In this document: in pieces, positions 51,303 to 64,000 of the stretch
Numbering within the stretch: the stretch's first letter is position 1
How the letters are laid out: each line of letters begins with the position of its first letter
Source of the DNA: Macrostomum lignano
Taxonomy: Eukaryota
Direction of reading: 5' to 3'
Assembly: GCA_002269645.1 (NCBI GenBank)
Contig: NIVC01002617.1
Coordinates: forward strand, 1 to 64,000
Length of the DNA stretch: 64,000 nucleotides
The notes under the pieces: model-generated
What the model was told of the DNA's origin: nothing
Database searches by the model: none
Seen by the model: the letters and a program-made list of their open reading frames with translations, nothing else
Program-made: the position numbers and the translations under genes

Positions 51303-52182
51303 NNNNNNNNNNNNNNNNNNNNNNNNNNNNNNNNNNNNNNNNNNNNNNNNNNNNNNNNNNNNNNNNNNNNNNNNNNNNNNNNNNNNNNNNNNNNNNNNNN
51401 NNNNNNNNNNNNNNNNNNNNNNNNNNNNNNNNNNNNNNNNNNNNNNNNNNNNNNNNNNNNNNNNNNNNNNNNNNNNNNNNNNNNNNNNNNNNNNNNNNNN
51501 NNNNNNNNNNNNNNNNNNNNNNNNNNNNNNNNNNNNNNNNNNNNNNNNNNNNNNNNNNNNNNNNNNNNNNNNNNNNNNNNNNNNNNNNNNNNNNNNNNNN
51601 NNNNNNNNNNNNNNNNNNNNNNNNNNNNNNNNNNNNNNNNNNNNNNNNNNNNNNNNNNNNNNNNNNNNNNNNNNNNNNNNNNNNNNNNNNNNNNNNNNNN
51701 NNNNNNNNNNNNNNNNNNNNNNNNNNNNNNNNNNNNNNNNNNNNNNNNNNNNNNNNNNNNNNNNNNNNNNNNNNNNNNNNNNNNNNNNNNNNNNNNNNNN
51801 NNNNNNNNNNNNNNNNNNNNNNNNNNNNNNNNNNNNNNNNNNNNNNNNNNNNNNNNNNNNNNNNNNNNNNNNNNNNNNNNNNNNNNNNNNNNNNNNNNNN
51901 NNNNNNNNNNNNNNNNNNNNNNNNNNNNNNNNNNNNNNNNNNNNNNNNNNNNNNNNNNNNNNNNNNNNNNNNNNNNNNNNNNNNNNNNNNNNNNNNNNNN
52001 NNNNNNNNNNNNNNNNNNNNNNNNNNNNNNNNNNNNNNNNNNNNNNNNNNNNNNNNNNNNNNNNNNNNNNNNNNNNNNNNNNNNNNNNNNNNNNNNNNNN
52101 NNNNNNNNNNNNNNNNNNNNNNNNNNNNNNNNNNNNNNNNNNNNNNNNNNNNNNNNNNNNNNNNNNNNNNNNNNNNNNNNNN
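51303..52182. other. Assembly gap (880 N)
   Basis: N run. Confidence 1.
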
Positions 52183-52642
52183 GTCTGTGACTCAGCTATG
52201 GCTCTGTCTGTGTTCAGCTATGGCTCTGTCTGTGATTCAGCTATGGCTCTGTCTGTGACTCAGCTATGGCTCTGTCTGTGATTCAGCTATGGCTCTGTCT
52301 GTGTTCAGCTATGGCTCTGTCTGTGTTCAGCTATGGCTCTGTCTGTGACTCAGCTATGGCTCTGTCTGTGATTCAGCTATGGCTCTGTCTGTGTTCAGCT
52401 ATGGCTCTGTCTGTGACTCAGCTATGGCTGTCTGTGATTCAGCTATGGCTCTGTCTGTGACTCAGCTATGGCTCTGTCTGTGACTCAGCTATGGCTCTGT
52501 CTGTGATTCAGCTATGGCTCTGTCTGTGACTCAGCTATGGCTCTGTCTGTGATTCAGCTATGGCTCTTCTGTGACTCAGCTATGGCTCTGCCTGTGACTC
52601 AGCTATGGCTGCTGTGACTCAGCTATGGCTGCCTGTGACTCA
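52183..52642. repeat. 23-bp minisatellite TCAGCTATGGCTCTGTCTGTGA(C/T)
   Basis: Tandem array adjoining the gap. Confidence 0.95.
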
Positions 52643-52650
52643 ACTATTAG

Positions 52651-55600
52651 ATGCAGTACGCAGCAATGGCAAATTCGCAGAGAGACCCAGCATCCCAGCG
52701 AGTCCGACGCAACAGCAACCGACTGCTGGATGAGCAGCAGCATCGAGTCGGACAGCAGAGCGGCGGCGCCGGCAGCAGCGTCGCAACTACGTCGAACCGG
52801 CTCCAGGTGCACTCATTGCCTGCGCACAGCAGCGGTCGCTATGGCAACCAGCAGGCGCCAGCTCAGCTAGGTGAGAGTGCAACCAAGCAGGACTGGTATA
52901 TCAGCTATAAAGTCGAACATGTTACTATTATTAGTATATGCACGGTTAGACTGCAGCTTTTATTGCAGAAATTTCTCCTGGACAGATCAACGCAGACGGA
53001 GCACAACACAAAACAATTTTGTGCCAACAAAACCTATTGACTATAATTTTGTGCACCAGACTCGCATAGTACTAACATAGTTGGTATAGACGAAAATGCG
53101 GTTTCTAAAAAATGATGAAAGAAGAATAATTGTCAACTACATAGCACGCTTGCAGCGCGAGAAACAGAAAGCAGACAAATGAATTCTGAAGAAACGGAGT
53201 CATCAAATAAAAGTCTGTCGCAAAAACAGTTAAAAGTGCAGACAAGACAACAGGGATACGCAGGTAAAGGGAGAGAGCTGAAAGGGATGCGTACGAAAGA
53301 ATTTTCTGTTTTATTTATTCTTAGAAAAGAAGCTGAGTAGAAAAACGAAAAAACTCCAGTTGACTTGCTCTTTTTTCGAGGCGCAAAAGAATGATAATTT
53401 TTATAGTAAGAAGTCAACAAAAGCAGACGAATTTCAAAGCTTTGAAGTCACAAAACGAAAATTGTTTTTCCATTAATTTTTTACGAGCGTATCTTTACCA
53501 TAACTTGCTTAGTGTAAGTAGGACACTTTCTCCCTCAAAACTGATTGAATTACTACGAAATAAACTATATAAATCACTATTCCTAATGTACGCACTGCGA
53601 AAAACTCTATCCCTAATGTACAAGCTGTAAAAACTCTATCCCTAATGTACGCGCTGTAAAACTCTATCCCTAATGTACACGTGTAAAAACTCTATCCCTA
53701 ATGTACGCGCAAAAACACCCTACCCACAATGTACACACTAAAAAACTGTCCCCGAATGTACACTCGTCCGTCAACAAAAACCAACCTACGAAGCATTAAA
53801 AAGGCTTCCCTTTCCAAGTAAATTTGTCAGACGTTAAATCCACTAGAACCGATCAAAGACCCTTGAAACGTTGCCTGCCTTCACTGGTCGTAGTCCTTGA
53901 GCCGCTGCGACACGCATCGTTTGAATTTTTCAACGGGCGTATCGGCGCTGACAGGCCTGGAGTTGAGGCCGCGCAGTCGGTCGCGCAGTATGCAGATGAA
54001 CTCGTGGAAACTGAGACTGCCGTCTTCGTCATTATCAAACAGTAGAAACACTGTGGAGACCACGTGCGGCGCCAGGGTGTAGCCAACGCAGGCCTTCACC
54101 GCGCGCTGGAACTCCTCCTGGTTGATGGCGTGCCCAGCCAGCGAGTACATCTTCAAAGCCGTGGAGAAGTCCTCCAGGTTATTTAGAAACTGGAAGAATA
54201 GTCGAAAGTCTTCAAATCGAATGCCTTCCTCGCGTACCAGCCGGTCCCGAACGCGCTGCAGCTGTTCCTCTTGCACCTCCGGCGACAGCTTAGTGTAGCG
54301 AAGCAACACCTGGGCGAACTCGCTTTCGGATATGGTCTGCAAACCCTTGGAGAATTCCGTGAACTCAATCTCCAGCACCTCCCATTGCAGATTAGTCATA
54401 AACTTGCTGAACTCGCGAAAGTCCAACTTGTCGGTGCCCGACCGGCCAAAGAAGTGCAGCATCAGCGTCGTGTCCTGCAACGGCGTCACGTCCGAGTAAT
54501 CAATGGCCTCGAGCTCTCCGGCCTGGCGGGACATCATCTTGTTGAGTATGGTGAACTCGGTCTTGTCCACGCGCTGATTCCTGGCCAAGTCGATCATTTT
54601 GAACGCAATTTCAAAGCCGGCCTTGGGCTTAGCCAGGATGCAGAGCAGGAACAGGTACTCCGAGTAGGATATGATGCCTTCGTCTCCCAAGCTGCGGAAA
54701 AGCTTGTTGGAGGCCCACCACCTTGATGGAGTCTTGTACAAGATGCGGCTGAGCTCAGACTCCGAGTAGACGCGGCGCCGCTTCCTGTAGCGCGGTCGGT
54801 CCTGCGTCACCGACTCCAGGAAGTCCTGCGGTGTCATGTATGGCACGCCGTCGAACTCCACAGAGGCGAAGTCGAGAAACCTTCGCTCACGATAGTTGCG
54901 GCCAGTTGCTTGCCAAGGCTTGGCTGGCCGCCGGCTGCAGCTGCCGATGATGGCGATGGCTGGACCTCCTCGGTCTTCGTCCTGGCAACCGCCGCTGCTG
55001 CTGTCGAACTGGCAGCCACTGGCTGAAGCCGGGCGGCTGCCGACCACGAAATCGTCGGTTTGTCGGAGTTATCGACGGTTGCATCATTGGCAGGAGTCGC
55101 AGCGAAAGCGGCAGCCAGTGCAGCGGCTGCGCCATAGGCAGAAGCCGGGCAAGTTTCAGCAGAAGGCGGCTCATCGCCTACGGGGGATTTGAGAAAAAAA
55201 TTGAAATTTTTATTACGAAATTATGATAAAAAATGAGCAAGAATTACAATTATAAAATGATCTCAAAGTTTTCCCCACAGACATATATTAATTATTATTG
55301 TTCCGGGATTTTATAAAAAAATATAAGATCAAAGTCGTACCTGTTAATGGTCGGAGCTCGATGATATTTACAATGCTTTGCCGAGACGAAACTCCTTGCA
55401 CTGAAATCTTATCTCAATAAATAATATATATTATAGTATATTATGCCTGGCTATTTGCGGAGAGGGCGGTCTAGGCTCTAGCCAAATAAGCTTTACTTTG
55501 CCCACACACTCACGCAAAACCTTGGGGCTGGCTTGGAACTGTAATGGCTTAAGACAGAGAATGCATTTTACGCTTTGCTCCCCCTCCCGCTTGTCTTTGC

Positions 55601-56543
55601 CTCCATTTCAAATATAGCTAGCTAGCTTAGCTGCGCACGGCCCGGGCTGTATCCCCCCCCTCTGCCCAGCGCGCGAAGGCTGCTGCTGGTGAAGGATAGG
55701 GCTTGGGGGGTTGGGGTGACAGGGGGAAGCAAATGTACAGGCCCCGTTCCCCTATTTCGTTTATGTACATTGGGTCTTATCTTGTCGCCCCCCCCTATTT
55801 GCGTACACACCACCCGATTTCAAGCGGAAGAAGAGAGCCTGATGAGAGGTGGGGACTTCCTATTCCTCGGCCTCTGTTGCTGCAGCTGCACCCCCCCCTC
55901 ATTTTCGCGCCGTACTGGCTTAGGGATTGAGAGCGCTTCTTCTCCATTGCAGCAAAATCGTAGTTGCACTGCGCCATTCTTCTATTTGATTTTATTATTT
56001 AACACAGCATGTCGGCGAATCTACTGAGGGAAGAAATTTCTTTGCTTCGCCTACTGACAAAGTAGTATGATTGGGATTTTAAAAAGTTATATTGTAGACT
56101 ACTAAGTAGAAAGACGCAAAAAATCAAGAAAACTTAGGCTGCTTGATGTATTATTATAAACACTTAAACAATCCATGGTTGACTATGAAATACAAGCCAG
56201 GAACCAAGCTTGCTGCTTAACGGGCAATGATATGTCGTAAACGTCCGTATTAAGTATAAAATATGACCAATATTGCAGGCAGCCCTACGCGAACTAGCGG
56301 GATCGGGCCTCCGACAACAATCAGCGTTCCCTTGCCCGCCTATCTGCGAGTGGAGACCTCTCACCAGCAGCACCAGCAGCTTCAAGACGCCAGCAGACGC
56401 TGGTCGGTCGCTTCGCTGCCAGCCACGGTGTCCTCGTCTGGCTACGGAAGCAACACACCGGAGACCAGCAGCGTGACCAGCCACAGTTCGTCCAAGGAGA
56501 ACCTTCAACAGCACCAACAGCAGCAGCATCAGTGCCAGAGTCT

Positions 56544-56589
<46 letters not shown>

Positions 56590-56607
56590 CAATGCCAGAG
56601 TCTACAG

Positions 56608-56642
<35 letters not shown>

Positions 56643-59600
56643 TCAATGCCAGAGTCTACAGCAGCAGCAACAGCAACCGTTAGTGCAGCAGCCCGAAGAC
56701 TACACGAGTTTCTCCAGCCGTCCTCGTTCGCACAGCCTCAGCAGCAGCCCAATGCGATGGCAGGAGCAGCGTCACGATATTGCGCTGATGAACAGCGTCT
56801 ACAAAGAGCATTTTCCTCGGGCCACTGCCCAGATGATCGACCGCCTAGACGAGTTCATTACCAGCTTGGAGTCCTTGAGGAGCGACGAACGCAACGCGAT
56901 TGCCCGTTACTCACTGGTGCAGCTGCAGAAGCTTGCTCGCGAGTGCCTGCAGAGATCCCAGGATCACAAACTGTCCGGCGCATTCTTCTATGAAATCGGC
57001 CAGAAGGTTGAGCTGCTGGCCAACGAATGTGAAGAGAAGAGCCGCGACGCTCTGCCAGGGTCTTGGGCTGGGGACGCCAGCTGCTGGTGATCGTGTCTCG
57101 AACTGCACGCCTGCTGGAGTGCTTAGAGTTCGACCCGGCCGAGTTCATGCAGCTGCTCGAGGCTGCTGAGGGTCAGGTGCGCCGGGCCGAGAGCCTGCAG
57201 GCGGACATACCGCGCTACATCGTCTCCAAACTCGGTCTCAACAAGCCGGACCCACTGGACAGTCTGAGCGATGCCGATACGGACCGGACGCCATCGCCCG
57301 TGTCGTCTTTGCTGACTGATTCAGGAAGTCAGCAGCTCTTTCGCGAGCCTTCAGAAGACGACTTCCAGGTAAGAATAACAAAAAAATCAAATTACCTTTA
57401 TTAGGCTTAGCAAAATCGTTTATATATTCGATTTTTACGTCTTATGCGCCAGGTGGTGAAGCTGATATCCAATGGGGCCTACGGCGCAGTGCACCTGGTT
57501 CGGCACAAGGCCAGCCGGCAGCGATTTGCTATGAAGAAGGTGCGCAAGACGCACCTTGTGCTTCGCAACCAGGTAGACCAGGCCTTTGCCGAGCGCGACA
57601 TCCTCTCTTTTGCTGACAATCCTTTTGTAGTGTCGCTGTTCTGCACCTTCGAGACAAAGAAGTATCTCTGCATGGTGATGGAATTCGTGGAGGGCGGCGA
57701 TTGTGCCTCACTGTTGAAGCAGATTGAGGTGCTGCCGTTGGACCTGGCGCGCATGTACTTTGCCGAGATTGTGCTGGCCCTGGAGTATCTGCACAGTTAC
57801 GGCATCGTGCATCGAGACTTGAAGCCGTCGAACCTCCTAATCAGCAGTGAGGGTCACATCAAGCTGACCGACTTCGGCCTCAGCAAGATCGGCCTCATGA
57901 CCCTGGCCACTAGCTTGTACGAGACAGGTCTGAAGGATTGTGCAATGTTCAGCGATGCCCAAATATTCGGAACGCCGGAGTACATCAGCCCGGAGGTGAT
58001 CCTGAGGCAGGGCTACGGCAAGCCGGTCGACTGGTGGGCTGCCGGCATCATTCTTTACCAGTTTCTGGTCGGCTTCGTGCCGTTCACCGCCGACTCGGCC
58101 GAAGAGCTGTTCATGCTACTGGTGTCGGACCCGCCGCCGACTATTGAGTGGCCGGAAGAGGAGGAGCTCGCCCTGCCACCCGAGGCTGTCGATCTTATCA
58201 GCAGGTTGCTGGAGACCGAGCCACTGCTTCGGCTGGGGACGGGTGGTCCGCATGAGGTGAGGGGCAACTAGAAACATTAGTGATTTACAAGTCTATGAGC
58301 TTTAATACATACCCAAAGTACCAGCAACCCCGGGCAATTTTTTTGCCGTAATATGGATCAAACTAATTAGTCGAGTAAAAGCAGCGTAACGACAGTCTCT
58401 GTAATCGTGGATGCATTGTACCGGATGGTGCAAGTGTGTCTCTGGGCGGCCCGGCTGATGATCTTGCATCAGTGTTTCGGGAAGATGACCGCACTCATAG
58501 CTGCTTGAGCTGCCTTTGTGCCTTGAACTGACCTATGCAGGCAGCTGGTAAATGGACCGCCTGGAAGGCATGAGCCCAAGAATTTGGCACCCTGCCAGTG
58601 TGACCCACCAGAACTCGGGATCCTAGTCCTAGGAGACGTGTTCAGCGCTAGGGTGACTTGCTCGTACCTGGATCACGAGGAGTGTGATCAAATTTTCGCC
58701 CATGGCGCAATACGTGTTCCTGGAGTCGCGGTGATCTTAAATGCTCTAAGTTGGTTCGGCGGCGACAACCCATGCGAATAATAATGAGCCTTTGCAGTTC
58801 GGACACCCCAACCCCACTGACGAGATGCAATCTTGAGATAGTCCGAGCATAGACTCCGGGAGGACCCACCCCGGGCAAACCCGTTTAGAAAAAACAACAA
58901 ATGGAGCAACTCAAGCACACAAACTCGAAAAGTTTACCATGCACTAGACTAAGTTCATAACCACCCTTGCTTGCATCCATTATAACCATTCAAAACTGGA
59001 AGCAAGCTAGACCAATAAAACCGGAGTAGACTGGCAGACTGAACTAGATTGGAGTGGTCAGATTATTGTAAATTAGGAGACCCTATGAGGTTCGCTTGAC
59101 GTACTCCTTTGGCTACTTGTTAGTCGTGTAATACCTGGTGCACTCGTGTCCCGGTCCGCTTGCAGGTCAAGGAGCACGCATTCTTCTCTAGCGTCGACTG
59201 GACAGGCCTGCTGAAGGAAAAAGCGGAATTCGTGCCGCAGTTGGACCACGACGAGGACACCAGCTATTTTGACCCCCGGTCCGACCGCTACAACCACGAG
59301 TCCAACTCCGAGGACGAGGTTACGGACGAGTCTGAGGAGGCGCCTCTGTTTCACAGCTTCGGCAGCTGTAGTCCGCGATTCTCTCTACTGTCGGGGCCCT
59401 TATCGCCACAGCCGCTGTCGCCACCGCCGCCGATACAGACAACTCCAACAACACCGGCTCTCCCTCCACCTCCACCTCCACCTCCACCTACTCAGCTTAC
59501 ACCGCCTCCCTCGGCATCCCCGCCACCCCAGCCTCCCAAGGCGCAGACGCCGCAGCCAACATCCACGCCACCGGTGCGTCCGACATCGATCTGCGCTGCG

Positions 59601-60694
59601 ACCGCGTCTGCTGCTGCTGCTGCTGCTGCCACCGCCGCTGCTGCCAGTGCAGTTGCTCTTGCCGTACCGGGTGGCCGGACTCGCGCCGAAACATCGCCTC
59701 CAGCGTCCGGCCCGGTGATGCGACGAACCTCAAGCCTTCGTCGGGCTCAGGCAGTATCCCCTCTTGCCAGCGGGACTGAGGTCACCGTGACCCGCAGCCC
59801 CAGTGCGCACCAGCTGCCCCGAAGACTCAAACAACTGCGCTGTCATCTACTCAGGCTGAGTCCGCCGCCTCACTCATGACGATGCTGCGCGGACCGCGCG
59901 GGTTTGGGTTCACGATACGAGCCATTCGCGTCTACCAGGGCGAAACTAACCGCTTTCTACTGCACCATCTGGTGGTCTTCGTCCAGCCCGGCAGTCCCGC
60001 CCATTCAGCCGGACTGCGCTGCGGCGACTTGGTGACCCACGTGCACGAGACCCGGGTCACGGGGCTGCCCCACCCGGCCGTGATCGCTATGATCCTGCGC
60101 GAGTCCCGCCTGCAGCTGCGCGCTCTGCCGCTGTCGGCCACTTCCATCCGGACAGACGGGCGGGCCAGGCAGAATGGCCGGATGCTTCGCCGGCACGGCC
60201 AGCCGCAGCACTCGGTCAAGCGTCCCGGCGTGTCAAGACAGTCTAGCGGAGCTTTGGCCACAACGATGGCGGCGGCGCCGATAGCAACAGCAGCAGCAGC
60301 CGGTGCAACATCCGCGGCCGTAGCTGCGAGCTCGGATCACCTGCGGTATCGCGTACTTCGTGGAGGCGTCGACTCAGTGACCAGCGGTGGTAGCGAGAGC
60401 GGACGGTCGCAGTCGCTGCAGACACAGTCACAGCCACTGAGCATTCAGACGCCGCAGCCGCGCGCTCGCGCCGCCTCATCCGGCGCAGCGTCGGCCTCGC
60501 AGAGTCCCAGACGCAAATCGTTGCACGTGTCGCAGAGCCCTCTGGCAACCGGCAGCTCCGGCCGCCGTCAGGCCCAGCAGCCGCCGCCATCGAGTTCCCC
60601 GTCATCATCGGGTTCGACGCCACCGAGGCGAATCCCTATTCGAGGCCGGCACAACACGATGGCGGAGGGAGTCCGGCCCTGCCGCAGGCAGTGA
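52651..60694 (+). CDS. MAST: MAST kinase, forward copy. Exons 52651-52870 (inferred), 56279-57368, 57453-58256, 59166-60694
   Basis: Same domains as the inverted copy, plus RRWSVASLP...SSGYGSNTP. The phase-1 donor at 52870 matches the acceptor at 56278. Two 1-bp C-run deletions (~57057, ~59818) relative to the left copy. Confidence 0.9.
53575..53765. repeat. ~30-bp minisatellite AAAAACTCTATCCCTAATGTAC...
   Basis: About 6 units. Confidence 0.75.
53881..55174 (-). CDS. Mitochondrial calcium uptake protein, MICU2/MICU3-like EF-hand protein, with no intron in the CDS
   Basis: [39 protein letters not shown] and EF-hand [14 protein letters not shown]. An Arg/Leu-rich transit-peptide-like N-terminus ([13 protein letters not shown]) lies in another frame, implying a frameshift near 55000. 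Confidence 0.88.
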
Positions 60695-62439
60695 GCTCCA
60701 AACTCTAGTAGTATTTTATTGTTGCCTAGCAACGAACTGCACAAATTTAAATTTCTAAAAAATTCAGCTTTCAACTTACTGGAAAAGTGAAGCGACCCCG
60801 ATTTATAATAGCAGAGTCCCGGTCTCAGCTCATGGACAATAAGAACAGGACGCTACACTCAAACTGTGCGAATTTCGCTATAGGCCGGTTCTCGCTGCAA
60901 GTTTTAAGTCCAGGAAGTTTTCTGTTTTACAGCACAATATATCACCTTCTGGACTCTCAATAAATCATCTTACTGTTTATCGATGGACTTGTGAGTGCAG
61001 CTCGAACAAGACACAGGGTTTTCAATTCGATGTCCAGAAGGGAACATGTTTGGTAATTTAGTGCTAAGAATATGGAAAATTTTGCCAAGCTTTTTGCAAC
61101 AAAAACCGGCCTTTGGCAAAACTGCTCTCCAGTTTGAGCACAAGCAGTGGTATTTTTGTATTAAAAGCTTAAAACGCGTGTGTATTTATTAAAAATATTT
61201 TTGTTTGCACTGCTATGGTGGATTTCACCCAGTGATCTTCTATACCTGTACCTGCATCAAATATTTTGCGCCCCAAATTTTTTACCTGATTAATCTAGCC
61301 GCTAACATTCGTACATGTTATCGCCAGCTCCGGTTATCTCTTTTTCAATCACTTCAGTAAGCGCCGTCACACTGTAACAGTGCTTTGCTTCGCTTTTTGC
61401 ATCCGCTTTTGCTTGAGAGCTTTTTGGACTTTTGTTAGTCAAGCGGTTGAGGCTGGTCAGGGACCACTAGAAGGCAACTGTGGAATTTCGCATTCTCCCC
61501 GTGACATTCGAACTTACAATTCCCACATTTCAAATCCTCGCACTGTACATCCTCACACTTCACATCCACAAATTTCACAATTCCCAAACTTCAGACAAGC
61601 AAATCCTCCATCTACGCCTGCACTGAATCAAACGTCTTGGAGAGTGTGACATCCGGAGTTGTCAAAGTACCTCTGAAAGACAAATGATATATTTTAGTAG
61701 TCGTTGAGTTGCAGTCTGGGAAATCGACTATTTGGGGTCCATGGCAGTAATTGCAACCGGTTCTTTTATTATACCCTGTCCGATATTCAATATTCAATGC
61801 TGTGAATTTGAAATTATCTACGAACTATTACAAGAAATAATGTTTCATTGCTGTGCCGTAGTTGTGGCCGCACATGCATACGAGTACCCACGTGTAAAAC
61901 TGCATCCCACATGCGGCACAATTAATTATTAATTGCACTGCCAGTAACTGTAAATGCATTCATTGCCAGCGTATTCCATTTCATAATTCATCAAAAATTG
62001 TTTAGGAAAAAAATTTACTTCGGTTCTTAGAAACATTCATAAATACCGCGGTCGCAATTTTTTTTGAAAAATTCATTGCAGAGGTGGAGCTGTTGTGTTT
62101 TTGTCTGATGGAGACAAATTCAGTGTTTAAAATTTTGCTATAATATGCCAGCCTCGAATAGAACTATTGGTACGTACTATTGCTACTATTAGTATTCTTT
62201 TCATGTCCATTTTTTAGTACAGCTAGATTCGTTGCATATGATACTTTTGTGATAGGGCATAGTTATTAGTGTCGCTTCAATACCTTTTTTGCCTGGATTT
62301 AATTATTTACACTACTTTTTGCTACACTACATGTACACTACTGTTAGTAGTTCTAGTCCGGGAAAATGTCAGAAGTAGATTATTTAGAGGGCTTAACTTG
62401 TCTGTATGACGGGCTGAAACATTTGTCATTGATAGTACG

Positions 62440-63294
62440 GGCCGTGGTTTTGTCTCGCATAGAGACGCCTAACCGCAGTCACTCCTGTGAAACTTGTCTC
62501 TGCCTGGCTGAAAGCTTGTAATGAGTGAGTAGGCTGGGTTGGAGGGTAATAGTGGATCGGGAAGGGCTGTGGGTAGCTGTATAGGAAGGCAGGCCTATAC
62601 CTGTACCAAGGTGCTCTGACGGTATCCCTCAGGCGCCCTCTGAGCGTACAGCCAGCGACCCTATTAAAGCTGGAGTGTGCCAGAACCAGGACTGAGTCTG
62701 AGCAGGACGAGACCGTTGGCACGGTCACAATAGAAATGGCGGGTTGGCGAAGCAAAGGGTGAAACAGTCCCGGCGATTAGCCCTCTTGCCGCTTCAAAGA
62801 TAAGAGACTGTCTGTTGGCAAGAGTACCCGGGTTTAGTTGGGGGGAGGCTCCTTCGGGTTGCCACGGCCGTGGGGGGCGGTCAAATGACCGGCATTGGCT
62901 TATCTAACCCAGGAGTAGGCACGGGCTTCCCTGAATGGTTCACTCAACCCCCTCTGGCCCCGGGGAGGTTTTTGATATATACCCGGGGGTGGTGGGCGGT
63001 CGGCCCCAGCATGGTTGCCACGGCTCTAGGCCTTCGGGCCATCCCTAACAGGCTAAGGGGCCTTCTAACCTGGTTTTTGGGCACGGGCTCCTGACTGGTT
63101 CGTCGAACCGCTGTCACTGTCTCCCGGGGAGGTTTGGATTTTATGTTATTGCCCTCTATAGTCCTCTATAGTCTAATTGGCTTTTAGTGTACATGAGTAC
63201 ACTCCCAATCTGGAATCTAAATTATCTCTAGTGGCGTAAGAGCCTTTTTACTTAGGCTGAGGCGCCGGAAGTACTTATCATAGTCATAGTCATA
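62440..63294 (+). mobile_element. 855-bp non-coding retroposed element with a (CATAGT)n tail and 15-bp TSD
   Basis: GTCATTGATAGTACG flanks both sides (62425-62439, 63295-63309). The empty site is present in the left arm at ~45313-45330. No convincing ORF. Confidence 0.88.
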
Positions 63295-64000
63295 GTCATT
63301 GATAGTACGATGGGATGAAGGTAGGTCCCAGCAAACCATGACCAGGAAGGAGCTTTGAAGCAACCAGGTTGAGCTGTATACACTCTGGTTGGTAACTCTT
63401 CAAGCTGAATCGCTTCACTGCATTGGTGACTGGTATAAAGGCACCGGTTGGGGATAGGGCCCAAGTCGCAGTGGCGACTAGGCTACAGGAACTAATACAT
63501 CCCCCATTAGCATAAAAGTCGTTTCCTATGGCTGGTGCACTTCTTACTTAAAGTAGTACTTCCAGAGAGAACACTTAAACTTGATTGAAATCTTGAGCCT
63601 GGTAGGTTTTGGGAACTTAGGAGCTCAGGAGTCTGACCTGTAGAACTAAGAAATCTACAGGTAGCAGCGAACTGCCAATTACCAGTAGCTAATTTTCCAG
63701 AAATTTATCAAGAAACGAAACGAAATGCGTAGCCAAAAAGGGTATAGGGGTCATGACCTGCCTTCTCTCTCCTCTCCCTCTCCCCCTCCCTGTTTCCACT
63801 CTCCCACTCTCACCTTCCTCTTCCCACTCTCTCCCTCTCCCCTCCCTCTTCTCACTCTCCCCTCCCTCTTCCCAGTCTCTCCCCTCCCTCTTCCCAGTCT
63901 CTCCCCTCCCTCTTCCCACTCTCCCCTCCCTCTTCCCAGTCTCTCCCCTCCCTCTTCCCAGTCTCTCCCCTCCCTCTTCCCACTCTCCCCTCCCTCTTCC

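Larger units (their letters stand above)
44650..64000. repeat. Large inverted duplication: left arm from at least ~44650 to 51302, right arm 56457 to beyond 64000
   Basis: The left arm is the reverse complement of the right arm (mirrored ORFs), with scattered substitutions, different polyQ lengths and one 855-bp insertion on the right. Confidence 0.95.

Noticed and set aside
51184-52281. Long ORFs spanning X residues
   Set aside because: Artefacts of the N gap.
58330-59100. Hammerhead-like CTGATGA/CTGACGAG motifs in MAST intron 3
   Set aside because: No correctly placed GAAA or closing stems.
62826-63139. Canonical HDV-like or hammerhead ribozyme call
   Set aside because: I could not build a 7-bp P1 followed by the P1.1 GG with a proper P2, and there is no CUGANGA/GAAA core. 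Kept only as a candidate structured RNA.

Overview
Animal (invertebrate) nuclear DNA with GC-rich spliced exons and repeat-filled introns. The architecture resembles a free-living flatworm such as Macrostomum, but this is an inference and not proven. Genes in order: the 3' part of a long coiled-coil gene (+, 253-7660); a small orphan signal-peptide/Cys-rich/TM ORF (-, 9685-10017); a CEP89-like gene (-, 10247-18056) head-to-head with VPS4 (+, 18477-35003), whose 15-nt first coding exon is followed by a 13.7-kb intron packed with DNA transposon debris; a 1.7-kb tandem duplication of the VPS4 3' end; a degenerate Ty3/gypsy element; a rhodopsin-class peptide GPCR (-); and a MAST kinase present twice as a large inverted duplication around an 880-N gap, with an intronless MICU2/3-like gene nested antisense in a MAST intron. 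A tRNA-derived SINE family has 4 copies, one with its A-box/D-arm amplified about 27 times. An 855-bp, hairpin-rich, TSD-flanked non-coding retroelement is present in only one arm of the inverted duplication. Scattered 1-bp frameshifts in conserved exons look like long-read consensus errors.
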